DNA from: Neophaeotheca triangularis
Taxonomy: Eukaryota
NCBI GenBank assembly: GCA_054600435.1
Contig: BAAIJX010000009.1
Location: forward strand, 124,001 to 188,000
Reading direction: 5' to 3'
Length of the DNA stretch: 64,000 bases
Below the pieces are notes generated by a model. The model was not told where the DNA came from, did not search any database, and saw only the letters and a program-made list of their open reading frames with translations. Position 1 is the stretch's first letter, and each line of letters starts with the position of its first letter. The translations under genes and the position numbers were made by a program. Positions 1-10,185 of this stretch are shown piece after piece.

Positions 1-40
1 ACATGTCAAAGCACGTTCTCTGGAAGCAACCCACTGCCCT

Positions 41-87
41 TTCTCTCTCTTCCTTCTCTCTCTCTCTCTCTCTCTCTCTCGCTCTCC
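41..87. repeat. (TC)n microsatellite / polypyrimidine tract
   Basis: Direct reading: ttctctctct tccttctctc tctctctctc tctctctctc gctctcc. Confidence 0.9.
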
Positions 88-1024
88 CCATTCGCATCTA
101 CCTACCTATAACGTCGAAATGACTTTAGAGCAGAACAACACTATCCTCAACACCAAGCTCGCGACTTCTGACACCTAAGCGCTCGCGCTCGGATCCACCC
201 GAGGGCGGCGATGGGGACAACGACCTCGGTTAACACTGGGTCTGGTAACCGCGAGTTGGCGGAGAGCAGAAGCGCAGAGATGGCGAGTAGGGGAAGCAAG
301 AGCGCGTGCCAGACGGGAGAGGGGGGGTGGGGGAGTCTCGTCACAGCTAGCCTCCCTATTTTTCTTTCCCCCTTTGCTCTGCGCCGCCGGGGCGGTGGAA
401 TTGTTATCCTCGGAGCAGTGTCTAGCCTCTCTGCTATCTTAGACTGGCACCTAGCGGAACTGCTAGCACGCGGTTCCGTGGCAGGGAAGGGGTGGCGAGT
501 AAGCGACGATTAGTACGTGAAACCGCTAGCCGGCTAGATAAAAGACGGATACCTAAGGAGAGTAGAATTCACGCATGCATCGCATCAACTCATCAGCGCA
601 ATCGACGAACGGCGATATGAGAAGAGAAAAAAAAAAAAAAAACTGCAATAGGTATCACAAAAGCAAGCGGGAAATCATGAACCCCAAACTCAAACCCAAA
701 CAAGCCCAAAGCAAAGCACAGCAAAGCACACCAAATGCATTCCAAGTCAAATCGTGAGCCAAAGGCCAAGTTAAAGCGGCATAGAAGAACGCTCCGCTCG
801 CAAAACAGACCAGAAGTATAGCTCACGATTCCCGCCCAGAGCCCCTGTCTCTCCTTGATCCTTGTGCAGTCGCGCGTGGACTCGGGTCTTCATCATCAAT
901 TGGCATTGTTATGACAGTACGCGAGCGTGCCGTGCCGTGCCGTAAACAGCATCATTCCTCGGGTTGTGCTTTCTGGAAATCTCGCTCCTCAATCCGTCAG
1001 TCATAGCGTCAACATAACCACGTG

Positions 1025-1064
1025 CCATCCCATCCCATCCCATCCCATCCCATCCCATCCCATC
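1025..1064. repeat. (CCATC)8 pentanucleotide repeat, GGGAT repeats on the minus strand
   Basis: Direct reading at 1025-1064; followed by two degenerate TCCCATC units. Confidence 0.9.
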
Positions 1065-1572
1065 TCCCATCTCCCATCTCATCACAATCCCACCAATCTC
1101 TTCATCGTCATCAATCATTTATAGTGCGTCGTTCAAAAGAGGGGGAAAACAATGGCCCTCATCCAGAAAGCGGAAGAACAAGTAAAGCAAAAAGGTGGTA
1201 TCGCTAAATCCGGTCAAAACTCCTCAAGAACGCCTGCTGTGAGTGGGGTCGTAACGGGGCGCTACGCTGAAAAGAAAATGTATCCGGCCGTGGGGGGTTG
1301 GGCAGTGGAAAACAGCTGTTGTGGACGTGCTTCCTTTCGTTGCTGGTGGTGTTACTGGTGCTGTTGCCGTTTGAGATATTCGTGTTGTGGAGTCTGTGGT
1401 GTTGTTGAGGTGGAGTTGTCTCTGCGTCATGGCTCAAAAGTGCGTAAAGTCGTATGGCTCCTTGTCCTCTACGCTCCAGCACTATGGGTCGTGCGCAGTC
1501 GAAGTCCTCACGCTGTGTTTGTGCTGTGGTATACATGACCCCCATGATTTCGTAGACCATCGTGGATGCCTA

Positions 1573-3962
1573 CTAAGACCTATGCTCCACCGCCCTCCCC
1601 TCACTAGTGGCAACCGCGACCAGCGCTTCCAACCTCCCCATATCATGGCTTTCTTGGGAATCATGATGATGAGCATGCTGATGCTGATACCGCTCGGGTG
1701 CCTGCGCGTACCCGTTCGCGAATCGTGGGTCATGGCCCGCTTGAAGCGCATACGTTTGCTGCGGTTGTGCCTGTGGGTGGTGGGGATGGTGATGTGGATG
1801 CTGGTACTGCGGGTGTGGGTAGTAGTAGGGTGGTGGATGTTGGTGGTGATGGGGGGATGGCGCTTGCTGCTGTTGCGTGAGGTACGTCTGATAGCCCGAG
1901 TCAGCTCGCACTACGGCTTCGGGTTTTGGGACTGCTACTGCCGCTGCCGCCGTTGTCTGGGGGGCTGAGGTGGTGAAGTATACCTTTTGCTGCTGCTCGT
2001 CTGTCAAGACGGCTCCAGGGGGGAGAGCCTCGACGGCGCCGTGGGCGTTGATGATGACTGGGTGGTACTCGGTGCCTTGTGTCGTCGAAGGCGTTGGTAC
2101 GCCGTCGCTGCTGCCCGAGTCTTCTGGGGAAGGCCGCTGAAAGTTGTAGACTTGCTGTCCAGTAGGTTGGGATTGTTGTTGTGGGGCCATCGATGGCGCG
2201 CTCACGGGACCGCCGTACCAGGCCTGTCGCTTGTTCCGACGAGGCGTGATAGGTTGATCTTGTGGCGGTGGCGGCTGTGGTTGGGCGTACTGCGAAGGTG
2301 CTGCCATCGGTTGCTGCCCAAAGTACTCAGGCTGTTGTTGGACTTGGCGTGCTTCCTGTGGCTGGCCTTCTGTAGGGGCGTTCGCGGCCGCGATTTCTAG
2401 TCTTGTCAAGTTCTGATGAAGACCAGCATCAGAGGGACGACCCGAACTAGCTGGCCTTGCAACGGAATCTGTCATCATTGGACTGCTCTGCTGTTGGCGA
2501 GCCGCAGATGGAGGAGCATGGTCAAAACTTTCTATACCAGGTAGCCTGGTAACTTGGCTGGCGGCAGGCTGACCGGAGAACGCTGGTCGAGGCTCATCAG
2601 GGGTTTGATGATACGACAAGCCACTAGTAGCCGGACGTGCTGCATAGCTCGGATAAGTGCCCGGATGCCATGTCCTGCGCCGATACTCTAGCTCTGTCTC
2701 AGACTCACGGCGACCATGTGAGAAGACTGAGCTCGTTGGGCTCGAGAACATGCTGCCTTGCTGCGAGAAATTTGACGCAGTTCCGGAAGGTATAGGACTA
2801 AAATACGCGGGTGGGCCTTGGCCCTGGAATGGTGCAGGTCCGGAAGGTACAGATAGTCTTCTGCCGTGGGAGCGGCTACCATTGTAATGCGAAGACCGAG
2901 ACAGGCTCGCTGTGGGCGAAACGAGGTTGGGTTGGAATCTGGGGCTAGCAAGTCCGGTGGAGAAGGTGGCCGAAGTGGGCGTGCTGAAGCCTGTCGGTGA
3001 AGAGTTGAAGTAGGCGTACTGTTGGCCTGGACTGCCGGTGGCTGGGCTGAAGGTGTCAATAGCCAGAGCCCTCCGTGGCGAGCTGTCGTTGGCTATTGCC
3101 AAAGGAGGGGGCCGTTTCCGGGAGTCTTCGCCGGTGCTCGAGGCATTTGATCCAACACTAGAGCTCGAAAGATTGCGGCTATGTCCTCTTACGTGCCCGC
3201 TGCTACTGCTCAATGTCGATGCTCTTGCTCGGTTATTTGGAGGTCGTATTCGGTCCGTTCGAATTTGTCTTTGAAAACGTGTGCTAGTAGCCGCGAGTGA
3301 GTCGCCGGGTATCTCCTCGTTGACGTGAACAGTCTGCGCATGCTGTCGCAAATTGTCAAGGCGAGAGAATCGTCGGGAACAGTGGCACTGAAACGGTCGC
3401 TCGCCTGTATGTTTCCTAACCGCCTGTTAGCCCGAAATCTACTTGTCCTGGGTCCCTACACATACCTGATATGCCGCGCCAGGTGCTCACTGCGGGTGAA
3501 GCTCAGCTGGCATGGCGGAAAGTCGGTACAAAAAAATCGCTGGCCCTTCTTCTTCTTCGATGGCCGCTGCGAGTCGGAAGTGATACTGTCGTTGTCCGAC
3601 TCGTCGTCCTCGTCCTCTTCTCCATCCTCTGCCTCTCCCATGTCTACATCCTGTGCGTCGATCGAGTGTCGCGACCTGTGCGATCCTTCTCTTCGTGCTC
3701 GCTTGCCATCCTCTTTCTGCCCGTCGCGGGTGGCTGACGATGGCGTCGCCAGGTCCTCTGAGATTGGTCTTCGCCCAACGGAGCCACTGAAAGTAGGTCG
3801 AGTCGGAGTCGCGAGGGCCGACTTCTCCGCCAGCATGTCTCTCGATGCCGGATCTGCGAAGCGCGCAATTTGTCGCGGCGTTGTCGGTGTCCCTTCCTCC
3901 CCGGACCGGTAATCCTCCTGCGCGTCGAGCATGGTGTTGACGTGGGCGGCGAATGTGACCAT
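1573..3962 (-). CDS. nsdC: C2H2 zinc-finger transcription factor, NsdC/Usv1 family; exons 3962-3466 and 3415-1573
   Basis: A 50-nt intron 3416-3465 (GTATGT..GCTAAC..TAG) joins two ORFs into [54 protein letters not shown], the tandem C2H2 fingers typical of NsdC. Long S/P/Q-rich C-terminus. Start could be ATG 3962 or 3932. Confidence 0.85.
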
Positions 3963-4804
3963 GGGCCCGTGGTAGTCGGCGCTGCGGGGCAACGATATCA
4001 AGCTGGGGGGCTGCTACTGCGGCGGCTTACCGCCGGTGGTTGAAGTAAGAGTCGTGTTGCCAGGCTGGAGGCGTTTCCAACGTCGGTCGGAACAAGAATG
4101 TTTCCCCCCCCTTGCCCTTGGTTTCGTTTTGGCCCAAGTAGTAGTCGGCTCTAGCCTGCTTTCGGCATGCAGCTGTGACTTCTGCCGGTCGAGTGGTTGG
4201 GGGAAGGTAGTAAGCGTAAAGTTGTTGTCGGTGCGGCTGCTAGCCGAGTAGGCAACGGGCGATTACGGTGGGGACGACGGGCGGTGCGGAACAGTTTGCA
4301 TAAAAGGAACGTCAAGAAAGGTAATAGCAATATCAATATCAATATCAACAGTAGGTAATGTGGTCAGTGTCGGCCGTTGTCGCAATTCGTTAGGTCGTCA
4401 AAGGTCGTGGAGACTGGCGGGGCGGGCAGAAGAGTCAATCAGTAAGGAGAGGAAGGGGGGGGGTGTGTGTGTCGGCGCGGTAGAGTACGAGGCAAGGCAA
4501 AGCAGGGCAAGGTACTGTAAGGTAAGGTACCTATAGGTGTGTGTCGAGACAACAAGGTGACGATGACAAGGCTGCAAGACAGCTGGAGTAGCACCTGCAG
4601 GGCTAAGCGCGGGCCTTGGGGTGGAAAGTAGATGATGATGATGATGATGAGTAGTGAGATAAGGCAGCCCGAGGGCTTCGACGACTTGCTTGGGTTTGCC
4701 GCCACCAGAGACGATCACTGACGACTAGCTCAGGGCGAACCACCGAGACTGAATACTGAACAGGCTATCATACCTCCTAAACTAGGTACAGCCAGCCCGC
4801 GAAG

Positions 4805-4828
4805 AGGGGGAGGGGGAGGGGGAGGGGG
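4805..4828 (+). repeat. (AGGGGG)4 tract, canonical G-quadruplex-forming motif upstream of nsdC
   Basis: Direct reading: aggggg aggggg aggggg aggggg. Confidence 0.8.
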
Positions 4829-7340
4829 TACTAATATTGCTTTACTCGCTGTCGTCTAGCTAGGATACTGGATACTATGTGCTCCGGTAGTGCGGGAGAG
4901 GGAGTGGATAGAGTGGTGGTGTGGGTGCCGCAGGAGGCCAAGGCAGAGAGCATAGAGCTACGGTTGGTATGATGCATGTTGGCGAGCGGCGAAGGAGCTG
5001 GAGTAGTAGGTAGACTGTAGCCCGTAGGAGTAGGAGTAGTAGGTACACCATGTAGCGTTAGTAGTATTATGATGTATGTATGTATATATGTACTTTTGAT
5101 TATTATAGTAGCGTCGACACTCGGCGGAGGCGGCGGGGTTGGTTGTAGATGTGAGTGAGATTATTGATCCCTAGGCCTGATGATACGGTATCAGAGTCGG
5201 AAGCGTTCGGGAACCAGCAAGACATCGAGTAACTTAGCGTTAGCTCTATACGATTGATTGTACCTCATCGTCCTCTAGCTCCGCCCTGGAATAAAAGAGG
5301 GTGAGTAGTGGCGTCCAGTGTTCAAGTTGCCCGCATTAATTATTATCGAAGTATTCGCATAACAAGAAGGCTCACGCTCCCACCTGCAGGATCCACAGGT
5401 GAGACTGAGCGGCTGTGTGGGTGGGGTGCTACCTTTGGTTCTAGTCAAACTCTCCGCGCAGCGGCTCGCGAACATCATCATCACATGCATATGTACTGTA
5501 CCTCGTCATGTACCTAGCCCAAGTCTCTAACAACATGCCCAAGTCAGGTACAAGGCGCGCGGTGAAAAGCTCCACTGCTGGGCCTGGGCGATGAAGAGAG
5601 TTATAACAATGACACGATATCATGCCTCTTAGAGTCTTTCACATCCATCGCAACTTCTTCGCGGCTCGGCCCTGCAATCTGGGACCATATCGTGGCCTCG
5701 AACGCTGTGTTCCCCCACACCTGGGCAATGAACACACCGCTCAGAAATCAAGCTCGTGGGCAGGCCGCAGCACATATGAATCCGCGACACACCAGAGCCT
5801 CAGCTAGTCCTGCAGTAGCCACGCCCACGGAGAGCTGGAAGCCAATCACCATGCACGCAAGCGAGACTGCGTTGGAAGCTTTTAAGCCCTCGCTGCAAGG
5901 GGTACCAAAATACTCGGGTACCTTTTTCCTCGTTCATCATCCACTTCCAATCGCCGTCTCGGAAGCTTGACCGCTTCACCGCGGATGCGCGAAATGGCAT
6001 AGCGGTGGCAAGTCTTGAATTCGACGGCAACGACTGGCGCCATCTCAATATCATCACGTGTGTGATGATACGTTGCCGCTGTGCATCGAGGGGAGCTGAT
6101 GCATGGCAAAAAAGGTACCTTACACGGCTCTAAACCTGTCATCTGACAAGCAAACACGGTTCGCCGTCTACGGCCCTGCAGATGCAAGCCAAGGAAGAGA
6201 TGCCTGTCGAGGGGTCGATACTCGATTCACCGTGATAACCTTGATTATCTTAATGGAGTCGGCCGGCCCGCAGTGCATCTGAAGACAGATCCTGGTTCAA
6301 AGCCGGGATGTTGATCGTTCTGCTTGCGCAAGAAAGCATGGCAGCCGGGCGGCCGCCTTTTGACGTACCCAAGAGTGCACGTAAGGCAATTCGGCGACGT
6401 GGTGCTGAATTCCTTTCTGTGGCAAGCCATTCATCTCTTTTCTTTCCGAAGAGTGATGCGTGTGCGTGGCTGAGCTGGAGCTTCCGAAAAGGTACTACTT
6501 ACTAGCTGTCGAGAGCGATATGTCTATGCATCCGCGCTGGAGGCCTCGTCCGACAAGGTCGTCCTGTAAGGGTTGCAACAACAAGCCACCGCCCCCTCTT
6601 TTGGACAAGAGAATAATCAAAGGATGCTTTTACCTACGAGCTTGTCCGTCGATACGTCGTGGATTCATCAGCATCATCACAAGGCGAAGGTTTAAAGGTT
6701 CCTTAGCGGGTTGATCGAACGGGACGGCTCACACAGCCACTATGAATCGTGATGCAGGTCGTAGTAGTATGCTTGCGACTCATGTCTCTGCTGTATATTT
6801 TGGACGCGTCTACTTGGTTGTCTTTTCATGTTGTTATAGCATTCTTCGACGGTAAGGTATGTTGAAAGGTTGCACTTGACATGTTCATGTTTCACGAGAG
6901 ACATAGGTAACGCACGTGCGCTGGACACCGGGGCGGGCCCGGATAAGGTACCTTGCCTACCCAAGCAGCCCTACAAACCTCCCGTCGCGTCGCGCGCATC
7001 AGATTGAACTGGGAGAAGTCGATATGATCATCGCCTCAGGGGACCTGCAATTACCTCCAACATCCGTGCACTTGGATCAGGAGTCGGGGAAGGGATAGAC
7101 GGTAGACCAGCTCAAACGTCCCTTGCTGGTAGTATTGTCATGGACAGCTGGCTTTCAACAAGTCGTGCACCAATTGTCACTGCTACAGCCGCACCTCACC
7201 GACCGCAGCAAGTACGAGCACGTGTGTGTCAGCAACCGAGACAAACACCCATCTACCTAGCCGCCTCCCTGCCGAAACTTCCAAGAAGCTCAGGATACAC
7301 AACGTCGGCGAGCTCGAGCACTAAACACACATCCATCACC

Positions 7341-9020
7341 ATGGCAGACGAACCGTCCAGCAGCCAACCCGCAAGCACACTGACCTCGCCTCAGCAACGA
7401 GCAGCTTCTCCCGATTCGAGCATCTCTCCCTCGCTCGCTCTCGATGCCGTTCCTCTGCTCGACCGAGCTGTCTCCACCCCTTCAGCCTCGTCCGCATCCA
7501 CATTCTCAACCCGATCACGGCAGTCTAGACAATCCGACGGCGCCTCCACCGTAGTCCGAAGACGAGGATACATGCGGCCTCAAGGCACGGCTTTTGCAGA
7601 TTCGGCGAGGAACAGGGACAGCGTCATGAGTCTGGGGAGCATAGCACACATGCAATACTACTTTGCGAGGACAGGTTTGTTAGACGGTAAGGGAGCACAG
7701 CTGGCCAAGGAAGATAAAGAGAAGAAGAGGACGGTGAGTGGAAAGGAGAATCTCGAGCCTTCGGTCACGAGCAGTGGAGATGATCTTGGTGTTGCTTCTC
7801 TGTCAATGTACGATGGGGGCTCGTGCTATGCCATGTCGGATCCTGGTGCGGACACCAATGTCGTGGAAAGCCCGACTGAGATGCCTGGTGGTACCAATTC
7901 CTGGCTCCCAACGGCAGAACCACCCATGCTGCCACCAACTGTCAGCACTTACAAACAGAAACCTTCGTACACCGAGCCGCTACCAGACACGCCAGTGCTG
8001 AGAAGGGAACTCAAAGAAGCTTTGCAAGATGCGTGCAAGGTGCTGGAGGAGTCGCAGAAAGTGCCATTGGATAACAGTGATGAGCAGACGGAGATGGGTG
8101 AGAAATCCACAAACGACGGCTTCCACGAGATTCAAGGGTTACACTTCCTGGATATCGTCACCCTCGCCATCCGCGCGGCCAAAAACTACTACACAACCCA
8201 CCCTTCCCCTGGCAAGCTTTACGCCATCAAGTCGGAGAAGAGGATACGCTCCGACCTCTACCAAGTGCTTGACATCCTCAAGCGCATGGCCTCCCGCAAT
8301 TTTCGCGGTGGTATCCGCCTGCCTGAACTGGGTGGCATTGTGTCTTGGATCGAGAGCATCGACGCTCTGCTCAAAAAGGAAGAAGCACAAGAGCAGCAAG
8401 AAGCCGCCGAACGCGAGGGTTGGGTCTGGCGGGAAGGCGACTGGAGCGGCAAAGAAAAGGAGCGCGAATGGCTCTTCCTCCGTTCGTTCGACCAGGACAC
8501 TCAAACCCCCTTACCTGGGTGGCCGCAAGAAGAGAACGTGTACGAAGATTCCACCGAGTACCACCCACCTCCATTCTTACAAGCCCTGCAAGACGGTACC
8601 CGCCTCATCGCCCTTCACAACACACTCGTCAGCCGCTCTCACCGCAAATTCGGCGAGATCAAGACCTGGCACACGGATACGGCTAAACCATACCGCAAAG
8701 CGGAGAACCTGCGTTTCTGGCTCAAGGCCGCTGAGCTGAGGTGGGAGTTGAAGTTACCCGCTGTGTCTGTCTCAGATATTGTGAACGACAAGCGGGACCC
8801 CGAGGTGTGGGAAACACTCGAACAGGCAGTGCTGAAGTGGTGTCAGGGTGTCAGAGAGGAGCTTTCCGCGGAATGGGCGGAGGAAGAGGAGGGTAAGGGT
8901 AAGTTAACGCGACGCACCCAGCTGCCGGAGCTGAGGGTCGAGGTGTCTCCGGCTGAGGAGGGCGGTGTTGAAGCTATCGAAGGGGCTCAGGATTGTCGGG
9001 CTGGCGCCGTGGAGGTTTAG
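7341..9020 (+). CDS. Conserved fungal protein with a C-terminal calponin-homology-like domain
   Basis: Intronless ORF with ATG in a good context (catcaccATGG) at 7341. Conserved-looking block RRRGYMRPQGTAFADSARNRDSVMSLGSIAHMQYYFARTGLLDGKG. C-terminal FLQALQDGTRLIALHN...AENLRFWLKAA resembles the CH-domain LxDGxxLxxL..N signature. Confidence 0.75.
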   Translation: MADEPSSSQPASTLTSPQQRAASPDSSISPSLALDAVPLLDRAVSTPSASSASTFSTRSRQSRQSDGASTVVRRRGYMRPQGTAFADSARNRDSVMSLGSIAHMQYYFARTGLLDGKGAQLAKEDKEKKRTVSGKENLEPSVTSSGDDLGVASLSMYDGGSCYAMSDPGADTNVVESPTEMPGGTNSWLPTAEPPMLPPTVSTYKQKPSYTEPLPDTPVLRRELKEALQDACKVLEESQKVPLDNSDEQTEMGEKSTNDGFHEIQGLHFLDIVTLAIRAAKNYYTTHPSPGKLYAIKSEKRIRSDLYQVLDILKRMASRNFRGGIRLPELGGIVSWIESIDALLKKEEAQEQQEAAEREGWVWREGDWSGKEKEREWLFLRSFDQDTQTPLPGWPQEENVYEDSTEYHPPPFLQALQDGTRLIALHNTLVSRSHRKFGEIKTWHTDTAKPYRKAENLRFWLKAAELRWELKLPAVSVSDIVNDKRDPEVWETLEQAVLKWCQGVREELSAEWAEEEEGKGKLTRRTQLPELRVEVSPAEEGGVEAIEGAQDCRAGAVEV

Positions 9021-10185
9021 AGATGTTTGCTACATGATGTTGTTTGATGAAACCCCCCCTAGCTGGACGTGAATTGTTTTTGGAGTTGCTTTCGAGATGA
9101 TACCCCCTTTGGCGTGGGCAATGGCAACGGCACATCCGTGCTACCGAGAATCGGGCGTCTTTGCCAGCTTTTTCATAGATAGCATGCCTACCTAGAATGC
9201 TTAATTGAGTACCTACCTTAGCTATATCTGAGAGCTTCATACCGTCGTGACCTCGGTGTGAATTGATAGGCGATGGGACGATAAGCAGCACAAGCTTTTG
9301 AAACACGCTTGCAACGATAAAGTACCTACCTAGGCTAGGTAGCTAGCTAGAAGGCGGGAGCGGGAAGGAGCTGGACGAGAAGGGAAGGGCAATAATAATA
9401 ATACGGTAAATAATAATAATGATAATGGCGGGCATGTTTCATCAGCCGTTGGCCAATCGCTCACAGGAACTTCACAACCTTCAGGGCTCAGGCTGGCTTC
9501 TCCACTTCCTCTTGACCCTACACTCGACACTACTACTACTACTACTACCACTCTCCTCCTTCTACTGCATTATCCCGCCTACGCTGCAGTGAACTTCGTT
9601 GGTGACGTGGTGCGCTCGGAATTCATCTCTCATGAGCTGCGTGTGCTGCTCGTCCTGGTAGACGCGGACACCAGGCGGGATAGCTAGGCAGAGAGACAAG
9701 AGGTAAGGCTGCTTTCCGCGTCCGAACATCTTTCTTTCTGTAACACCGGATGGCCTCGTTTGCTTGCCCTGTAATCTGGCACGCCGAGCTAGGCATTAAC
9801 GACCGCTTCCCAATCGGCTAAACACAACAATGCCTCTAGTAGACCCTTCCTCACTGCCACAGCTGGCTGCTTTCACCACTACCTTCTAACTTCCGCTTCA
9901 GCCTCACCGTGGTCGCTCAGCACCAATCAACGCCCTCCCAAACATACCCGCCATTGCTTAACACCCAAACGCCTAGCCCCCATGCTCGAGATCCGCCTTC
10001 ACAACGCCCAAACCTAGCACCTCCGCCCTCTGAGCTGCGAAATCCCAAAACGAAAAGGCAACAGCAAAGGCCGTATCCCGTCGTCCCAGCTCGAAGAACT
10101 CGAGAACCTCCACCGCCAACGCCACCAGGAAAATATCACAGTCTGCAGACGCGGCAGAACGTGGACGGGCCCGCCAATCCGCGTG

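Noticed and set aside
6272..6315. CCTGG-TTCAAAG-CCGGG looks like a tRNA T-arm
   Set aside because: No acceptor stem, D-arm or 7-nt anticodon loop could be built around it.
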